This document shows, piece after piece, positions 27,443 to 36,728 of a stretch of DNA of 64,000 nucleotides (position 1 is its first letter; each line of letters starts with the position of its first letter). A model generated the notes under the pieces. The model was not told the DNA's origin. It was given only the letters and a program-made list of their open reading frames with translations, and did not search any database. Origin of the DNA: a virus. Its lineage: Duplodnaviria; Heunggongvirae; Uroviricota; Caudoviricetes. The DNA is taken from positions 9,023 to 73,022 of the IMG/VR virus record IMGVR_UViG_3300032156_000002. One strand, 5' to 3'. A program made the translations under genes and the position numbers.

Positions 27443-27733
27443 ATGAGCGACAGTTACTTCGAACTCGCGCCGCTTCCGAAATACAGCACTGTGGTGGCGA
27501 CCCTACCTGCGCCAGCGAATTGCATGACCAAGGAGACGTTGGCGGAGCGCGGGCTTTTTCTGTGCTCACGGTGTCACGGCGACCGCTGGATACAGGTGCC
27601 GCATCCCCAGCCCGAGCGCCCCGACTGGCGCGTGAGGCAGGGATGCCCGCGATGCGGTGGCCACGGGGTCATGGGCCTGATTCGCGTGACCCCGGTGCCC
27701 GTGGAAACCAAACGTAAGGAGAGTGATAGATGA
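27443..27733 (+). CDS. Hypothetical Zn-ribbon 96 aa protein.
   Basis: CSRCHG...CPRCGGHG. Confidence 0.45.
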   Translation: MSDSYFELAPLPKYSTVVATLPAPANCMTKETLAERGLFLCSRCHGDRWIQVPHPQPERPDWRVRQGCPRCGGHGVMGLIRVTPVPVETKRKESDR

Positions 27734-28533
27734 ACCACCAAGGGATTTTCAAACTACTATTCGGGGCCGCAGTTGCGGCGGCCATCGCGCTCATCCTTGT
27801 CGTGATTGGGGTGCCTGCGCCTTCGGCCTGCGCTGGCGTTGCGGCGTGTGACCCTCCGGCCACATTCACGCCCATTCCACCCCCGCCTACGGCCACATTT
27901 ACGCAACCCCCGCCTCCGCCAACGGCGACCGACACACAGCCGCCGCCTCCTCCTCCACCGACAGCCACCGACACACAGCCGCCACCTGAGTCGACTCCAA
28001 CCTTCACGCCGCCGCCGCCGCCCCCTCCACCCCCTCCACCGCGTTATCCAACGCGCACTCCTCGCCCGACGGCCACGCCTACGCGCGCGCCTGCGCCTTG
28101 CGCGTGTGCGTGTTGCGAGGCAGGCTGGGTCGAGTTCGACACTGGCCTCGAGGGCACGACTGTCAGGGCGCGCGTCGCAGACATTGCCATTGTCGAGTAC
28201 GCAGAGGATGCCAACGGCCACCCATTCGCTTTCGTGGGCATGGTCGGCGGTAAAGAGAATGTCGCCGATGGGCCGCAAGCCGTGGTGTTGGTCCAGAACG
28301 CAATCAACTCAGTGCCCGCTTGCCCGGCCGTTGACCTGACCATAATCTCCTACACGGCCATTGGCCCGGTGGCGCGCAGGGCCGAGGTGGCGGTCCGCCA
28401 TATCGTATCGGTCGCCTTCGCGACCGGGGAGGACGGCGCACAGAAGGCAACCATTTACTTCGGGAATCTTGCGCCCACAATCGTAACTGACCCGGCGAGC
28501 ATCGCACTGCTCAGGGCTATCACGGCCCCGTAG
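27730..28533 (+). CDS. Membrane-anchored protein with a long Pro/Thr-rich linker and a Cys cluster.
   Basis: N-terminal TM, then PPPTATxTQPPPPP repeats and PPPPPPPPPPPRYPTRTPRPTATPTRAPAPCACACCEAG. Confidence 0.55.
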   Translation: MNHQGIFKLLFGAAVAAAIALILVVIGVPAPSACAGVAACDPPATFTPIPPPPTATFTQPPPPPTATDTQPPPPPPPTATDTQPPPESTPTFTPPPPPPPPPPPRYPTRTPRPTATPTRAPAPCACACCEAGWVEFDTGLEGTTVRARVADIAIVEYAEDANGHPFAFVGMVGGKENVADGPQAVVLVQNAINSVPACPAVDLTIISYTAIGPVARRAEVAVRHIVSVAFATGEDGAQKATIYFGNLAPTIVTDPASIALLRAITAP

Positions 28534-28689
28534 GGCTTTGTGTCGCGACACTTGTCTTGACACTTGTCGCGACATTGGCGTGTTTTGAGTGGACGCAAGA
28601 ATCTCGATTCGGCCTTTTTCAAGCGCATCGTGGCCGCGGGAGTGCATTTCGCCTTGACACGCCAAACGAATGACTGCTATTCTGCGGCC

Positions 28690-29733
28690 ATGATGCGTCC
28701 AATCAGACGGCACGAAACGCTCGCGGTCTGCTTGCTTGCGCTACTGTTGCTCGCGCTCGCGCTCGCGCAATCTGCCGTTGTGCCGGTCGAGACCACAGCG
28801 CCCGCGGCGCAGGTGCGGCCGACGCCCGCGGCTACCGAACTGCCCGCCCCGGCATTGTCAATCGCCCCGGCCATTGCGCCGCCGGTCGCGCCTTCGACAT
28901 GGCGGCCGCGCGCGCAAGTCCCCGCCCTGCCCGGCTCGGCCGATGACCCCTTCCTTCTGACCAACTTCGACATGCGTTTCGAACTCGGCGAGGATGATTC
29001 GAGTGTCTACAACGGTTACTACTGGGTGCTCGAAAAGGGGTCATGGATACCGGGCATGATTTCCAATCGCAGTTGGTTCCTTGCCAGCCCACAGCACACT
29101 ATCGGCGCGGCGACCTACTACGCCAATGGCGTCATGGAGGCAACGGCGCGGTCGCGCGGCATGAGTCTCAGCGGCTTTGTGGGCGGCGTATCTCTTATCA
29201 GTCCGGCCGACATCGGCCAGACTGTGTATCTGCGCAGACAGACCGAAGACTGGGAAGGTCCATTCCTCGTCGTGGACTGTGCGCGGCGTTCGGATATGTG
29301 GGGCGTTGTCTACTACCGCGGCGAAGTGGTCGAGGTAGATTTTCATACTGCCATTCGCTGGGGCATGGTCAATCCGACAACCTACAAGCGCATCTCCTAT
29401 CGCATGGACGGCGTGGAGGTGTGGAAGGGCAGACACCCGCCCGAGGACGGCGGCCAGCCACTAGACCTGCGCCAATACTGGATACCGCGAGTCGAGTGGG
29501 TATGGGGCTACGAAGCGCCGCCTCTCTACATGGGCGACGGCCAGTGGCGGCAACCCTATCGCCATGTTGTGGACGGCCTATGGGTCAATACCCCCTTCAT
29601 CGTGACGGACCCGGACACGGTGACGCCTCACCCTGTCGTACCCGGCCCGCTTACGCCCGGCGAGGTGTGTCTGCCCACAGACCGGGCGTGCGGCGAAGCG
29701 CGGGAGACTCTGATTCGCTGGGGGGTTTATTAG
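28690..29733 (+). CDS. Secreted protein, possibly a cell-wall hydrolase with a 3D/DPBB-like C-terminal segment.
   Basis: Signal peptide LAVCLLALLLLALALAQSA at the internal Met of ORF 28564..29733. VVDCARRSDMWG...GEVVEVDFHTA weakly resembles 3D-domain acidic motifs. Confidence 0.45.
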   Translation: MMRPIRRHETLAVCLLALLLLALALAQSAVVPVETTAPAAQVRPTPAATELPAPALSIAPAIAPPVAPSTWRPRAQVPALPGSADDPFLLTNFDMRFELGEDDSSVYNGYYWVLEKGSWIPGMISNRSWFLASPQHTIGAATYYANGVMEATARSRGMSLSGFVGGVSLISPADIGQTVYLRRQTEDWEGPFLVVDCARRSDMWGVVYYRGEVVEVDFHTAIRWGMVNPTTYKRISYRMDGVEVWKGRHPPEDGGQPLDLRQYWIPRVEWVWGYEAPPLYMGDGQWRQPYRHVVDGLWVNTPFIVTDPDTVTPHPVVPGPLTPGEVCLPTDRACGEARETLIRWGVY

Positions 29734-29750
29734 GCCACCCGTGGTATAAT
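29717..29750 (+). promoter_or_regulatory. Promoter-like element with an extended -10, a partial family member.
   Basis: ggtttattaggccacccgTGGTATAATtg. Weak -35. Confidence 0.3.
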
Positions 29751-29793
29751 TGCGATACGCGCGGCTCCAAGGTCGCGCGGGGAGGATGTAGCG

Positions 29794-30069
29794 ATGTTTT
29801 GGTCTAGACTCTGGCAAGTCCTCAATTCGTTCCTCATCGGCATTCTCATTCTCTTTTACTTCCTCATGGCTCTCTACTTGACCAGCCTGCTCGTGGTCCT
29901 GACGCCCACGTTGCGAGGCTGGGGTGCCGCGCTGAGTGCCATTGGCGCGTTCATCATGGCGATATGCGTTGCCGTCGTCTTTGTGGGCGTTGGCCATCTT
30001 TTCGCCATGGGCTGGAAAACCTCCGGCTGGAAGGCATCCTCGCCGCCGACACAGGAGAACGCGAAATGA
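29794..30069 (+). CDS. Small membrane protein with 2-3 TM, holin-like topology.
   Basis: LIGILILFYFLMALYLTSLLVVL and AIGAFIMAICVAVVFVGVGHLF. Confidence 0.45.
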   Translation: MFWSRLWQVLNSFLIGILILFYFLMALYLTSLLVVLTPTLRGWGAALSAIGAFIMAICVAVVFVGVGHLFAMGWKTSGWKASSPPTQENAK

Positions 30070-30302
30070 AGATTGTCCTCGATTGCATTGGTGGCTTTTT
30101 CATGGGGCTGTTCGTCCTCACGGGAGTGGCGGGGTGCTGGGGCGTTGCGTGGGTGTTCTTCCATGGCATGCTCGTATTGACCGGATGGGGCGCGCTATGT
30201 TTGGGCCTCGGCGGACTTATCGTTGCCGCTCTCGGGGCGGTGCAAGTCGCGTTTATCGGTTCTTCCTACTTTGAGCCGCTTCGCCTAAGTCAGAGGAGAT
30301 GA
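30066..30302 (+). CDS. Small membrane protein of 78 aa, 2-3 TM.
   Basis: Internal Met of ORF 29964..30302. GGFFMGLFVLTGVAGCWGVAWVFF... Confidence 0.45.
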   Translation: MKIVLDCIGGFFMGLFVLTGVAGCWGVAWVFFHGMLVLTGWGALCLGLGGLIVAALGAVQVAFIGSSYFEPLRLSQRR

Positions 30303-30306
30303 CCCA

Positions 30307-30590
30307 GTGATTGAGACCACCGATACTCGCATCCCCGTGAAGCGTTGGGTGACAGGCCTCGACGAGGGAACAGAGCGCCAGATACGCGACATTGCCAATC
30401 TGTCGGTCTCGCGCGCGGTCGCTATCATGCCCGACGCGCACGTTGGGTACGGCATGCCCATCGGCGGCGTGCTGGCGACCTCGACGAAGCGCCGGGCGCG
30501 TACAAGCCGATAGATGAGGTCATGGAGAATCAGCGCGACCTCGTATCCGCGATGGTCAAACTGACGCCCATCGCGAACATAAAGGGATAA
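30307..30590 (+). pseudogene. rtcB: RtcB RNA-ligase remnant. The N-terminal roughly 60 aa and the C-terminal roughly 30 aa are joined out of frame, with about 1 kb of internal sequence deleted.
   Basis: ORF 30307..30513 ends ...VAIMPDAHVGYGMPIGGVLATS, the RtcB metal-site motif. The -1 frame ORF 30345..30590 ends ...LDEAPGAYKPIDEVMENQRDLVSAMVKLTPIANIKG, the RtcB C-terminal signature. Confidence 0.6.
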
Positions 30591-30685
30591 TCACATGCGC
30601 ACTCCACAATGCAGAACGTGTCGGCACGCGAAATCAAAACACAACGTCGCCGCAGGTTGTCTGCACAGCGTCGGCGGGATGTATT

Positions 30686-31126
30686 GTGACTGTCTTGCCT
30701 TTGTTGCCCCGCGCAAGAAGCAAAAGACTCGGCGCGCATGAAAGGACTCCCCAACTCCTAATGGCCACCTACTACGACCTCGTTCGCCGCATCATGCGCA
30801 AGCCCGACATGCCAGAGGAACTGGCGGAGTTCATCCTATGGAATGGGACATGCTACCCGTTCGGTAGCGCGCTTCAGGTCGCGCGGCAACTGCGTGACAC
30901 GCGCGAAGCGCACGCACGCGGGATGAGTGTGTGTTGCATGTGCGGCGCAGAGTACCGCGACCCGGACGGCAGGATTGTCCTCGGAGGCGAGTGCGGCGCT
31001 GGCGGCAACTGTGCGGAGTTGGTGAGGATTGCCAAGGACCAGCGCGTGCGCGACAACGTGAAGCATCCGGCCCGCTGGGCGTGGGTCGCGAAGGTCCTCG
31101 GCAATCTCAAGGCGAGGGTCTTGTGA
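30686..31126 (+). CDS. Hypothetical Cys-rich protein, possibly starting at MATYYDL.
   Basis: ORF track. CCMCG...CGAGGNC. Confidence 0.4.
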   Translation: MTVLPLLPRARSKRLGAHERTPQLLMATYYDLVRRIMRKPDMPEELAEFILWNGTCYPFGSALQVARQLRDTREAHARGMSVCCMCGAEYRDPDGRIVLGGECGAGGNCAELVRIAKDQRVRDNVKHPARWAWVAKVLGNLKARVL

Positions 31127-31680
31127 TGCACACGTTCTTCACCGCGGACCCCCACCTCGGGCATGCCAATATCGTCCGGTATTGCAGTCGCCCGTTCACC
31201 CCGGAGACGATGGACAACGCGCTCATCGCCAACTTCAATGAGCGCGTGTCGAACGATGATACGGTCTACCTCCTCGGCGACTTCACGTTGGGCGGCCCGC
31301 AACTCGCGGCGGCCTACTTCGCGCGGCTCAATGGCCACATCCTCGTCGTTCCCGGCGGCCACGACCGCCGCTGGATTGATACGCCCATGACCAGCGGGTG
31401 CGGAGCGCAGGTGGTCATCCTTCCGGCGCTGGTCGAAGTGGAGCACGAACTGCTGGGTCGGGTCACGCTTTGTCATTACCCGTTGGCCAGTTGGCCGCGC
31501 TCACACTACGGGGCGTGGCACCTCCACGGTCACTGCCACGGGACCATCGGAATCTCGAACGTCAGCGCCGACAGACTCTTGCCGCCAGAGAATCATCGCG
31601 GTGTGCGCGTGGATGTTGGCGTGGACTGTTGGGACTACTACCCCGTATCCGCAGAACAACTCGCAGGGATTGTGCCATGA
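31126..31680 (+). CDS. Calcineurin-like metallophosphoesterase, 184 aa.
   Basis: MHTFFTADPHLGH, LLGDF, GGHD and WHLHGHCH metallophosphatase motifs. The start overlaps the upstream stop. Confidence 0.7.
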   Translation: MHTFFTADPHLGHANIVRYCSRPFTPETMDNALIANFNERVSNDDTVYLLGDFTLGGPQLAAAYFARLNGHILVVPGGHDRRWIDTPMTSGCGAQVVILPALVEVEHELLGRVTLCHYPLASWPRSHYGAWHLHGHCHGTIGISNVSADRLLPPENHRGVRVDVGVDCWDYYPVSAEQLAGIVP

Positions 31681-32624
31681 GCAAGTACGCTGGCCGTGCG
31701 TCGCCAAGGGCGCGCGGCGTTCCTTCGGAGGACACAGTGAAAGCCAAGGGTCAAGCAGGGACCGTTATTTCCATTACGCTCGGCGTCGTAGCGTTTCTCG
31801 CAATTCTACTGGTGCTGGGGTCGTGCAGTCCGGTCGAGTACGGCAACGTCCGGCTCGTCACGCAGTTCGGCGCGCTGACCGGCACGGTGTTCCACGAAGG
31901 GATGAACTGGAAAACGCCGTTCATCCAAGGGACAGTCGAGGTGCCTATCATGGTCCGCTCCTACGAGACCAGCGACCATCCCGAAAGCACGCAAGCGAAC
32001 TACCCGGACTACACCGTGGATGCGCAGACCTCGGACGGCCAGCAAATCACCGTCAGTTACACGGTCCTGTTCCGCATCCCGGCGGACCGCGCCATTGAAA
32101 TCGTGCGCAATGTCGGGCCGATGAAGATGGTCGTGGAGAACGTGGTGAAGGCGCACAGTCGCAACCTCGTGCGCATCCTTGCTCAGAACTACAAGGCGGG
32201 CGACCTCTACAGCGGCGTGGGCATTGCAGAGTATGAGGCCGAGGTGGGCAAGGCCCTCGAATTCGAATATGGCCGCTACGGCGTGATTCTCGACAGTTTC
32301 CTCGTGCGCAAGGTATCCTTCGACGCCGACTACGTGACCGCGATGGAGCAAAAGCAGATTGCCCTCGAAGCGGTCACGACCGAAAAGCACAAGGCCGAGG
32401 CCGCCGAATACCAGAAGCAACAGAAGATTCGAGACGCAGAGGCGAATGCCCAGTCAACCAAGTTGGGCGCGGACGCGGAAGCCTACAGCATCACGGTGCG
32501 CGGCAAGGCGCTTGCGGACAACCCGGACATCATCAAATGGGAGTTCGTGCATAACCTCGCCACCGCCAAGTGGCTGATGATTCCAAGTGACGGTCTGATA
32601 CCGATGCTCAATCTCGGTGAATGA
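31677..32624 (+). CDS. SPFH/band-7 (prohibitin/HflC-like) domain membrane protein.
   Basis: N-terminal TM, then an SPFH-like core and a Glu/Ala/Lys-rich coiled coil. Internal Met of ORF 31398..32624. Confidence 0.65.
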   Translation: MSKYAGRASPRARGVPSEDTVKAKGQAGTVISITLGVVAFLAILLVLGSCSPVEYGNVRLVTQFGALTGTVFHEGMNWKTPFIQGTVEVPIMVRSYETSDHPESTQANYPDYTVDAQTSDGQQITVSYTVLFRIPADRAIEIVRNVGPMKMVVENVVKAHSRNLVRILAQNYKAGDLYSGVGIAEYEAEVGKALEFEYGRYGVILDSFLVRKVSFDADYVTAMEQKQIALEAVTTEKHKAEAAEYQKQQKIRDAEANAQSTKLGADAEAYSITVRGKALADNPDIIKWEFVHNLATAKWLMIPSDGLIPMLNLGE

Positions 32625-32681
32625 TTGTCATTCGCCTCGTGAATGGGGCCGGGTATATATACCCGGCCCTCGGAGGGACCA

Positions 32682-33035
32682 ATGCCAGACAAGCCGTGGG
32701 AGAAATGGTTGCCGCAGGTGAACGCGGCAGAGATGAGGCGGTCGCGCGGCGAAGAACTGACGGAATCGCAGGCGGCGCTTATCGAAGTCTACAACTGCAT
32801 CCTCGAACTGGATAAGCAGTTTGAGCCTTTCCAGAGAATTCGGTGGGCGGAATCGGACGTAGCCCGCGCGACGCCCGAGTTGCTCCGGCACCTGCGTTCT
32901 ACGCGCGACCCACTCGCACTCACTTGGACGAACATGCTGGCGGACTTGCACAAGGCGGCGGCGACGGCCTACACCGAGGAGGAAATGGCGCAATACCGCG
33001 CCGCCATCGCGCCCGGTCCCGGTGAGGAAGGATGA
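32682..33035 (+). CDS. Hypothetical 117 aa protein.
   Basis: GGAGGG RBS. Internal Met of ORF 32643..33035. Confidence 0.4.
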   Translation: MPDKPWEKWLPQVNAAEMRRSRGEELTESQAALIEVYNCILELDKQFEPFQRIRWAESDVARATPELLRHLRSTRDPLALTWTNMLADLHKAAATAYTEEEMAQYRAAIAPGPGEEG

Positions 33036-33041
33036 CATCCA

Positions 33042-33269
33042 ATGCCCGACAGTCTGACACAGCGGCTCGTTCGGCTCTCCGGCGTCTACCAGAAGATGGC
33101 AGTGCAGACATTTCCAAAAGGCGGCGTTGTCGTCTGTGAGTTGTGCGGAGACGAAAAGGCGTTCACGGTCGAGCAGGCCGCCCACTACCTCAAGTCGGGC
33201 TGGCCGACGTGCACATGCTGTAACCGCGAGATGCGCGCCATGGCCTGCCCGCGCGAGATGACGAAGTGA
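33042..33269 (+). CDS. Hypothetical Zn-finger 75 aa protein.
   Basis: CELCGDE...CTCCNREMRAMACP. Confidence 0.45.
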   Translation: MPDSLTQRLVRLSGVYQKMAVQTFPKGGVVVCELCGDEKAFTVEQAAHYLKSGWPTCTCCNREMRAMACPREMTK

Positions 33270-33985
33270 GCCGCATCATTGCACTGGCCAACGCGCGCAA
33301 TGAAGCGCGGAACATAGACCGCTTCTGCCGGTCCTACCAGTGGGCGGACCGGATTATCATTGCCGACTGCGGGTGCGAGGATGACACTGTACAGCGCGCC
33401 ATGTGCTACGAGAACGTAGAGGTGCGCCCGTTCCAAGTGCGTGTTCACCTGCCCGGCGCGACCGGCTGGCGCACGCCGCAGGGCAAGTGCCTTGAGACCC
33501 TCATTGGCTGGGCCAGCGATTATCAACCCGACTTCCTCGTCTACGAGGACGTGGACTGCGTGCCCAACGGGCTGTTGCGGAACGAAGCGCGCCAGCGTAT
33601 CGAGGCCGCGACCCGACCTGTCATGCTGGCGCAACGCATCTACCTGTGGGGCGAGGACCAATGGTTCCCGAATCTCTCCACCCCGTGGGACCATGCGCAA
33701 CACACGCACTGGTTCCCGACGTTGTGGGCATGGCGCGCCGACTGGGACCTTGGCCCCTTTGACTTTATAGAGCGCGAGATTCATTACCGCAACTTGCCCG
33801 AGCCTGAGCAATGCGAACGCTTTACGCCGCCACTGTGCACGCTCCACTACACGTGGCCGGACATAGCCGAGGTTCAGCGCAAACTTGACTTCCTGCGCCA
33901 CGTGAGCGGCGAGCAACCGAACGCGATGCACCCGCTCAAGTTCGGCGGCCCGCTCGCGCCCTTGCCGGACTGGGCGCACATTTAG
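33266..33985 (+). CDS. GT2-family glycosyltransferase-like protein with a GTG start.
   Basis: IIALANARNEARNIDRFCRSYQWADRIIIADCGCEDDT matches the GT2 N-terminal beta-alpha-beta plus DxD-region signature. Confidence 0.5.
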   Translation: MSRIIALANARNEARNIDRFCRSYQWADRIIIADCGCEDDTVQRAMCYENVEVRPFQVRVHLPGATGWRTPQGKCLETLIGWASDYQPDFLVYEDVDCVPNGLLRNEARQRIEAATRPVMLAQRIYLWGEDQWFPNLSTPWDHAQHTHWFPTLWAWRADWDLGPFDFIEREIHYRNLPEPEQCERFTPPLCTLHYTWPDIAEVQRKLDFLRHVSGEQPNAMHPLKFGGPLAPLPDWAHI

Positions 33986-34058
33986 GAGGCCCAATGAAGC
34001 GTCGGAGTCTTATCATGCGAGAGGGAATGCTCGGGACGGTGCCGGGCGACCGACAGCC

Positions 34059-34394
34059 GTGGAGCCTAGAGGCCCTCGGCGTAGAATGGCGGCACTGGAT
34101 TTTGGGTCTTGTCCTGCATCTGAATCAAGGTGGCTAGTGGAAAAAGCCATAGGAATATTCCTCCTTTGTGTGTGCTGGGAGACATTGGCTATACTCTACA
34201 CTCGCACCGTTGCCCATTCCCTGCGCGATAGGCGTGGCTACGTCCGCGTCTTTGTTTTTGCCACGACCATCGCGTTGCTGGGCATCCTGCCGAGCGCGAT
34301 GACGATTCTCAATCTCACTGTCGTGAACGTCGCCGCATGGGGACTAGGGAGCGGCGTCGGTGCGGTGGTGGGCCTTGCTATTTGGAGGTCGTGA
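34059..34394 (+). CDS. Small membrane protein. Start uncertain, possibly GTG at about 34137.
   Basis: Two hydrophobic helices. Confidence 0.35.
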   Translation: MEPRGPRRRMAALDFGSCPASESRWLVEKAIGIFLLCVCWETLAILYTRTVAHSLRDRRGYVRVFVFATTIALLGILPSAMTILNLTVVNVAAWGLGSGVGAVVGLAIWRS

Positions 34395-35057
34395 ATGAAT
34401 AGCATTCAGGGCGCGAATAAAATGCCACCCGTTCCCGTTTGGTATTTCCCTAATAGGCAACCATGGGTAGAACTTATCCTGCGGAGCGCCATCACGACCA
34501 AGACCCGCGACTACCCGCGCCCACTCCCGTACCCCGGCTCGATTGTCGTGCTGTACGCGAGTACAAGGGCATGGGTCGGCGCAGGCGACCTGACCTTCAT
34601 GCTCCGCAATCCCCTCGACATGCGCAAACTCGTGCGGGGCGCTGTTGCGGGCTTCGCCCTTGTGACGGAGGTTGGCCCCACGGCGACGGTCATGCCCCTT
34701 GCCGACGCGGAGTATTTCCAAGACGTGTTCGGCTATAATTACGCAGGGACCTACAGCATCCGGGTGGCGCATCCCTTCCGGCTCCCCGTGCCCATGAAGT
34801 GGAGTGGGCGGGGCAATCCGGGGGTCAAGCCGCACCAGCGCGTGCCGCCCGACATTCTCAATGCCGCCGCCGACTACTTCGATACCTTGCCCGCGAATGT
34901 TCGCAAGCGGCTGGCCCAGTATCAGGCCGAGGTCGAGGATGCGGCCAGTCAACTTGAGCGGCGACTTGAGCACGCACTCTTTCCCCACGAGGCCAAGTCC
35001 CTTGAGGCCGCGGGGCAGTTCGGCGGTATCGAGGAACAGATAGCGACTGGGAGGTAG
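34395..35057 (+). CDS. Hypothetical protein, 220 aa, possibly with an ASCH/PUA-like fold.
   Basis: ORF track. Weak resemblance only. Confidence 0.45.
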   Translation: MNSIQGANKMPPVPVWYFPNRQPWVELILRSAITTKTRDYPRPLPYPGSIVVLYASTRAWVGAGDLTFMLRNPLDMRKLVRGAVAGFALVTEVGPTATVMPLADAEYFQDVFGYNYAGTYSIRVAHPFRLPVPMKWSGRGNPGVKPHQRVPPDILNAAADYFDTLPANVRKRLAQYQAEVEDAASQLERRLEHALFPHEAKSLEAAGQFGGIEEQIATGR

Positions 35058-35066
35058 GAGGAGCCT

Positions 35067-35555
35067 ATGCCCTACGTTTTTCAAACTCCGCTTCACATGG
35101 ATGACGCCGAGGAGCGCGCGCGCATTCTGCGCGAGGCGATTGCGGACATCGAGATGCAACTCGGCGACCGTGACCGGCGGGGTTTGGACGGCGAGCGATT
35201 GGACGGCGAGGACTACTTCGCGTGGCGCAAGCGTGCCCGTATCGCACTGCGCATGAAACAGGCGGAACTCGGGTTTATCAAAGGTTGGGTCAAGAGCCGC
35301 AGAGAAGCCGCCTCCGAGGCGTGGCTCGCGCGCTATGCGAGCGCACCGAACGCCTGCGAGGTGCTGTTGCGTAACATGGTGAACCTCGTGGGTGCGCTGA
35401 TTGCCGAACACCGGTACACCCTATCGGACGATGAGCGCGGACTCATGGGAGCGGCGCGCCTCCTCCAAGGACACTACTCGCCCGTGACCGTCATCACCGG
35501 GTCCGCGGTCATCGAGTCGTTCGCGCCCACCGGGAGTTTCGATTATGCCCACTGA
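35067..35555 (+). CDS. Hypothetical protein, 162 aa.
   Basis: ORF track. Confidence 0.5.
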   Translation: MPYVFQTPLHMDDAEERARILREAIADIEMQLGDRDRRGLDGERLDGEDYFAWRKRARIALRMKQAELGFIKGWVKSRREAASEAWLARYASAPNACEVLLRNMVNLVGALIAEHRYTLSDDERGLMGAARLLQGHYSPVTVITGSAVIESFAPTGSFDYAH

Positions 35556-36270
35556 CGACAGCATTATCAATCGGGTCGTTGTCGAGTTTCCGGTCAACGG
35601 GCCGGGCTATGGCGCGTTCGTGCTAGACACCCTGCGCGCCAACTACGGGCTGGCGGTCGAGATACGCGCGCTGTGGGACCGGCACAAACGTGTGCTGGGC
35701 GATGTTGTCCGCGGCGAGGGATTATCAACCGGCCTCGGTACGGTACCCCTCGGCGTTGCGCGCAACCTCGCGGTCGCCCTGCTCATGTCGGTCTACACCC
35801 AGTCGCCCGGTTCGTGGGGATTCATGTCGGAGCGCGATGCGCTCGAATGCCTGTCGCACTTGTCGGAGATACTGGGCGACGTGACCGGCTACAAGCACCC
35901 CGTGACCAATCCTGTCGGGAATCTCTCTCTCTTGATGCGGCGCTACCGCCGGGCCGCGGCGGCGGTTTTCAAACTCAGGGCGCAGGTGATGCGACTTCGG
36001 TGGGAACGCGAAACAGTCGCGGCAATCATGCGCGTTGGCGTGGACGATGCGGCGCGCCTGCGCCTGCGTATAGAGAATCAGCGCAAGGAACTGGATGACC
36101 GGCTCAAGGAACGGCAGGTGATGCGTAATGCAATCCGCGGGCTGGGGTTGTTGCGCGTGTGGGCAAAGCGCCTCGCCGAGAAACAGACGGGCGAGATGGC
36201 TGAGGCGCAAGAGGCCCTCATGGTCAAGGACTTCGCAGACCGAATGGACTGGACGAAAAAATACGAGTGA
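35545..36270 (+). CDS. Hypothetical protein, 241 aa.
   Basis: ORF track. Confidence 0.5.
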   Translation: MPTDDSIINRVVVEFPVNGPGYGAFVLDTLRANYGLAVEIRALWDRHKRVLGDVVRGEGLSTGLGTVPLGVARNLAVALLMSVYTQSPGSWGFMSERDALECLSHLSEILGDVTGYKHPVTNPVGNLSLLMRRYRRAAAAVFKLRAQVMRLRWERETVAAIMRVGVDDAARLRLRIENQRKELDDRLKERQVMRNAIRGLGLLRVWAKRLAEKQTGEMAEAQEALMVKDFADRMDWTKKYE

Positions 36271-36279
36271 GGAGGACGT

Positions 36280-36621
36280 ATGGCTAAACCGATTACAATT
36301 ATCCCGGCAAGTGGTCAGATGGCCGCGTTCGCAAGCATGACCACGGGCAAGAAACCCGAGGCCGGAGTCGTCAGCATTCCTCTGGCATGCTTCGCCCTCG
36401 TCCAGTACGGCCCCGGCGAAAGCGAGCACGAGTTCGGCGTGGTCGGCTACGTGCTGGGCGAGGAGATATACTGCCCCGAGGGCGGTGACGACTTCCTCGG
36501 CTACCTTGGCACCGGCGAGGACGGAGTCGCGGTCTACGGCAAGGCATCCGAGGCCCGCATGGCCGAGAAACACTCTGCGCCCGTTGATGCCAAGGAAGCG
36601 GACGAGAGAGTTGACAAGTAG
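36280..36621 (+). CDS. Hypothetical protein, 113 aa.
   Basis: ORF track. Confidence 0.5.
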   Translation: MAKPITIIPASGQMAAFASMTTGKKPEAGVVSIPLACFALVQYGPGESEHEFGVVGYVLGEEIYCPEGGDDFLGYLGTGEDGVAVYGKASEARMAEKHSAPVDAKEADERVDK

Positions 36622-36638
36622 ACCGCCCGTGGTACAAT
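36611..36638 (+). promoter_or_regulatory. Conserved promoter, family copy, firing rightward.
   Basis: gTTGACAagtagaccgcccgTGGTACAATaa. Confidence 0.5.
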
Positions 36639-36728
36639 AACTGCGTGTGTCCTCTAGGTGTAGGCGCAAGGGGTCACGGCTTCTAATCCTTTCACGTGGC
36701 CCCTTGCACCGCCTAGCGCGGAGGCTTC

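Noticed and set aside
27800-28100. Repetitive CCGCC-rich DNA.
   Set aside because: It encodes Pro/Thr-rich linker repeats of a membrane-anchored protein. It is not a CRISPR array or a mobile-element repeat.
34344-35411. 355 aa minus-strand ORF.
   Set aside because: It is antisense to two plus-strand genes that have RBSs and tight spacing. The composition is artefactual.
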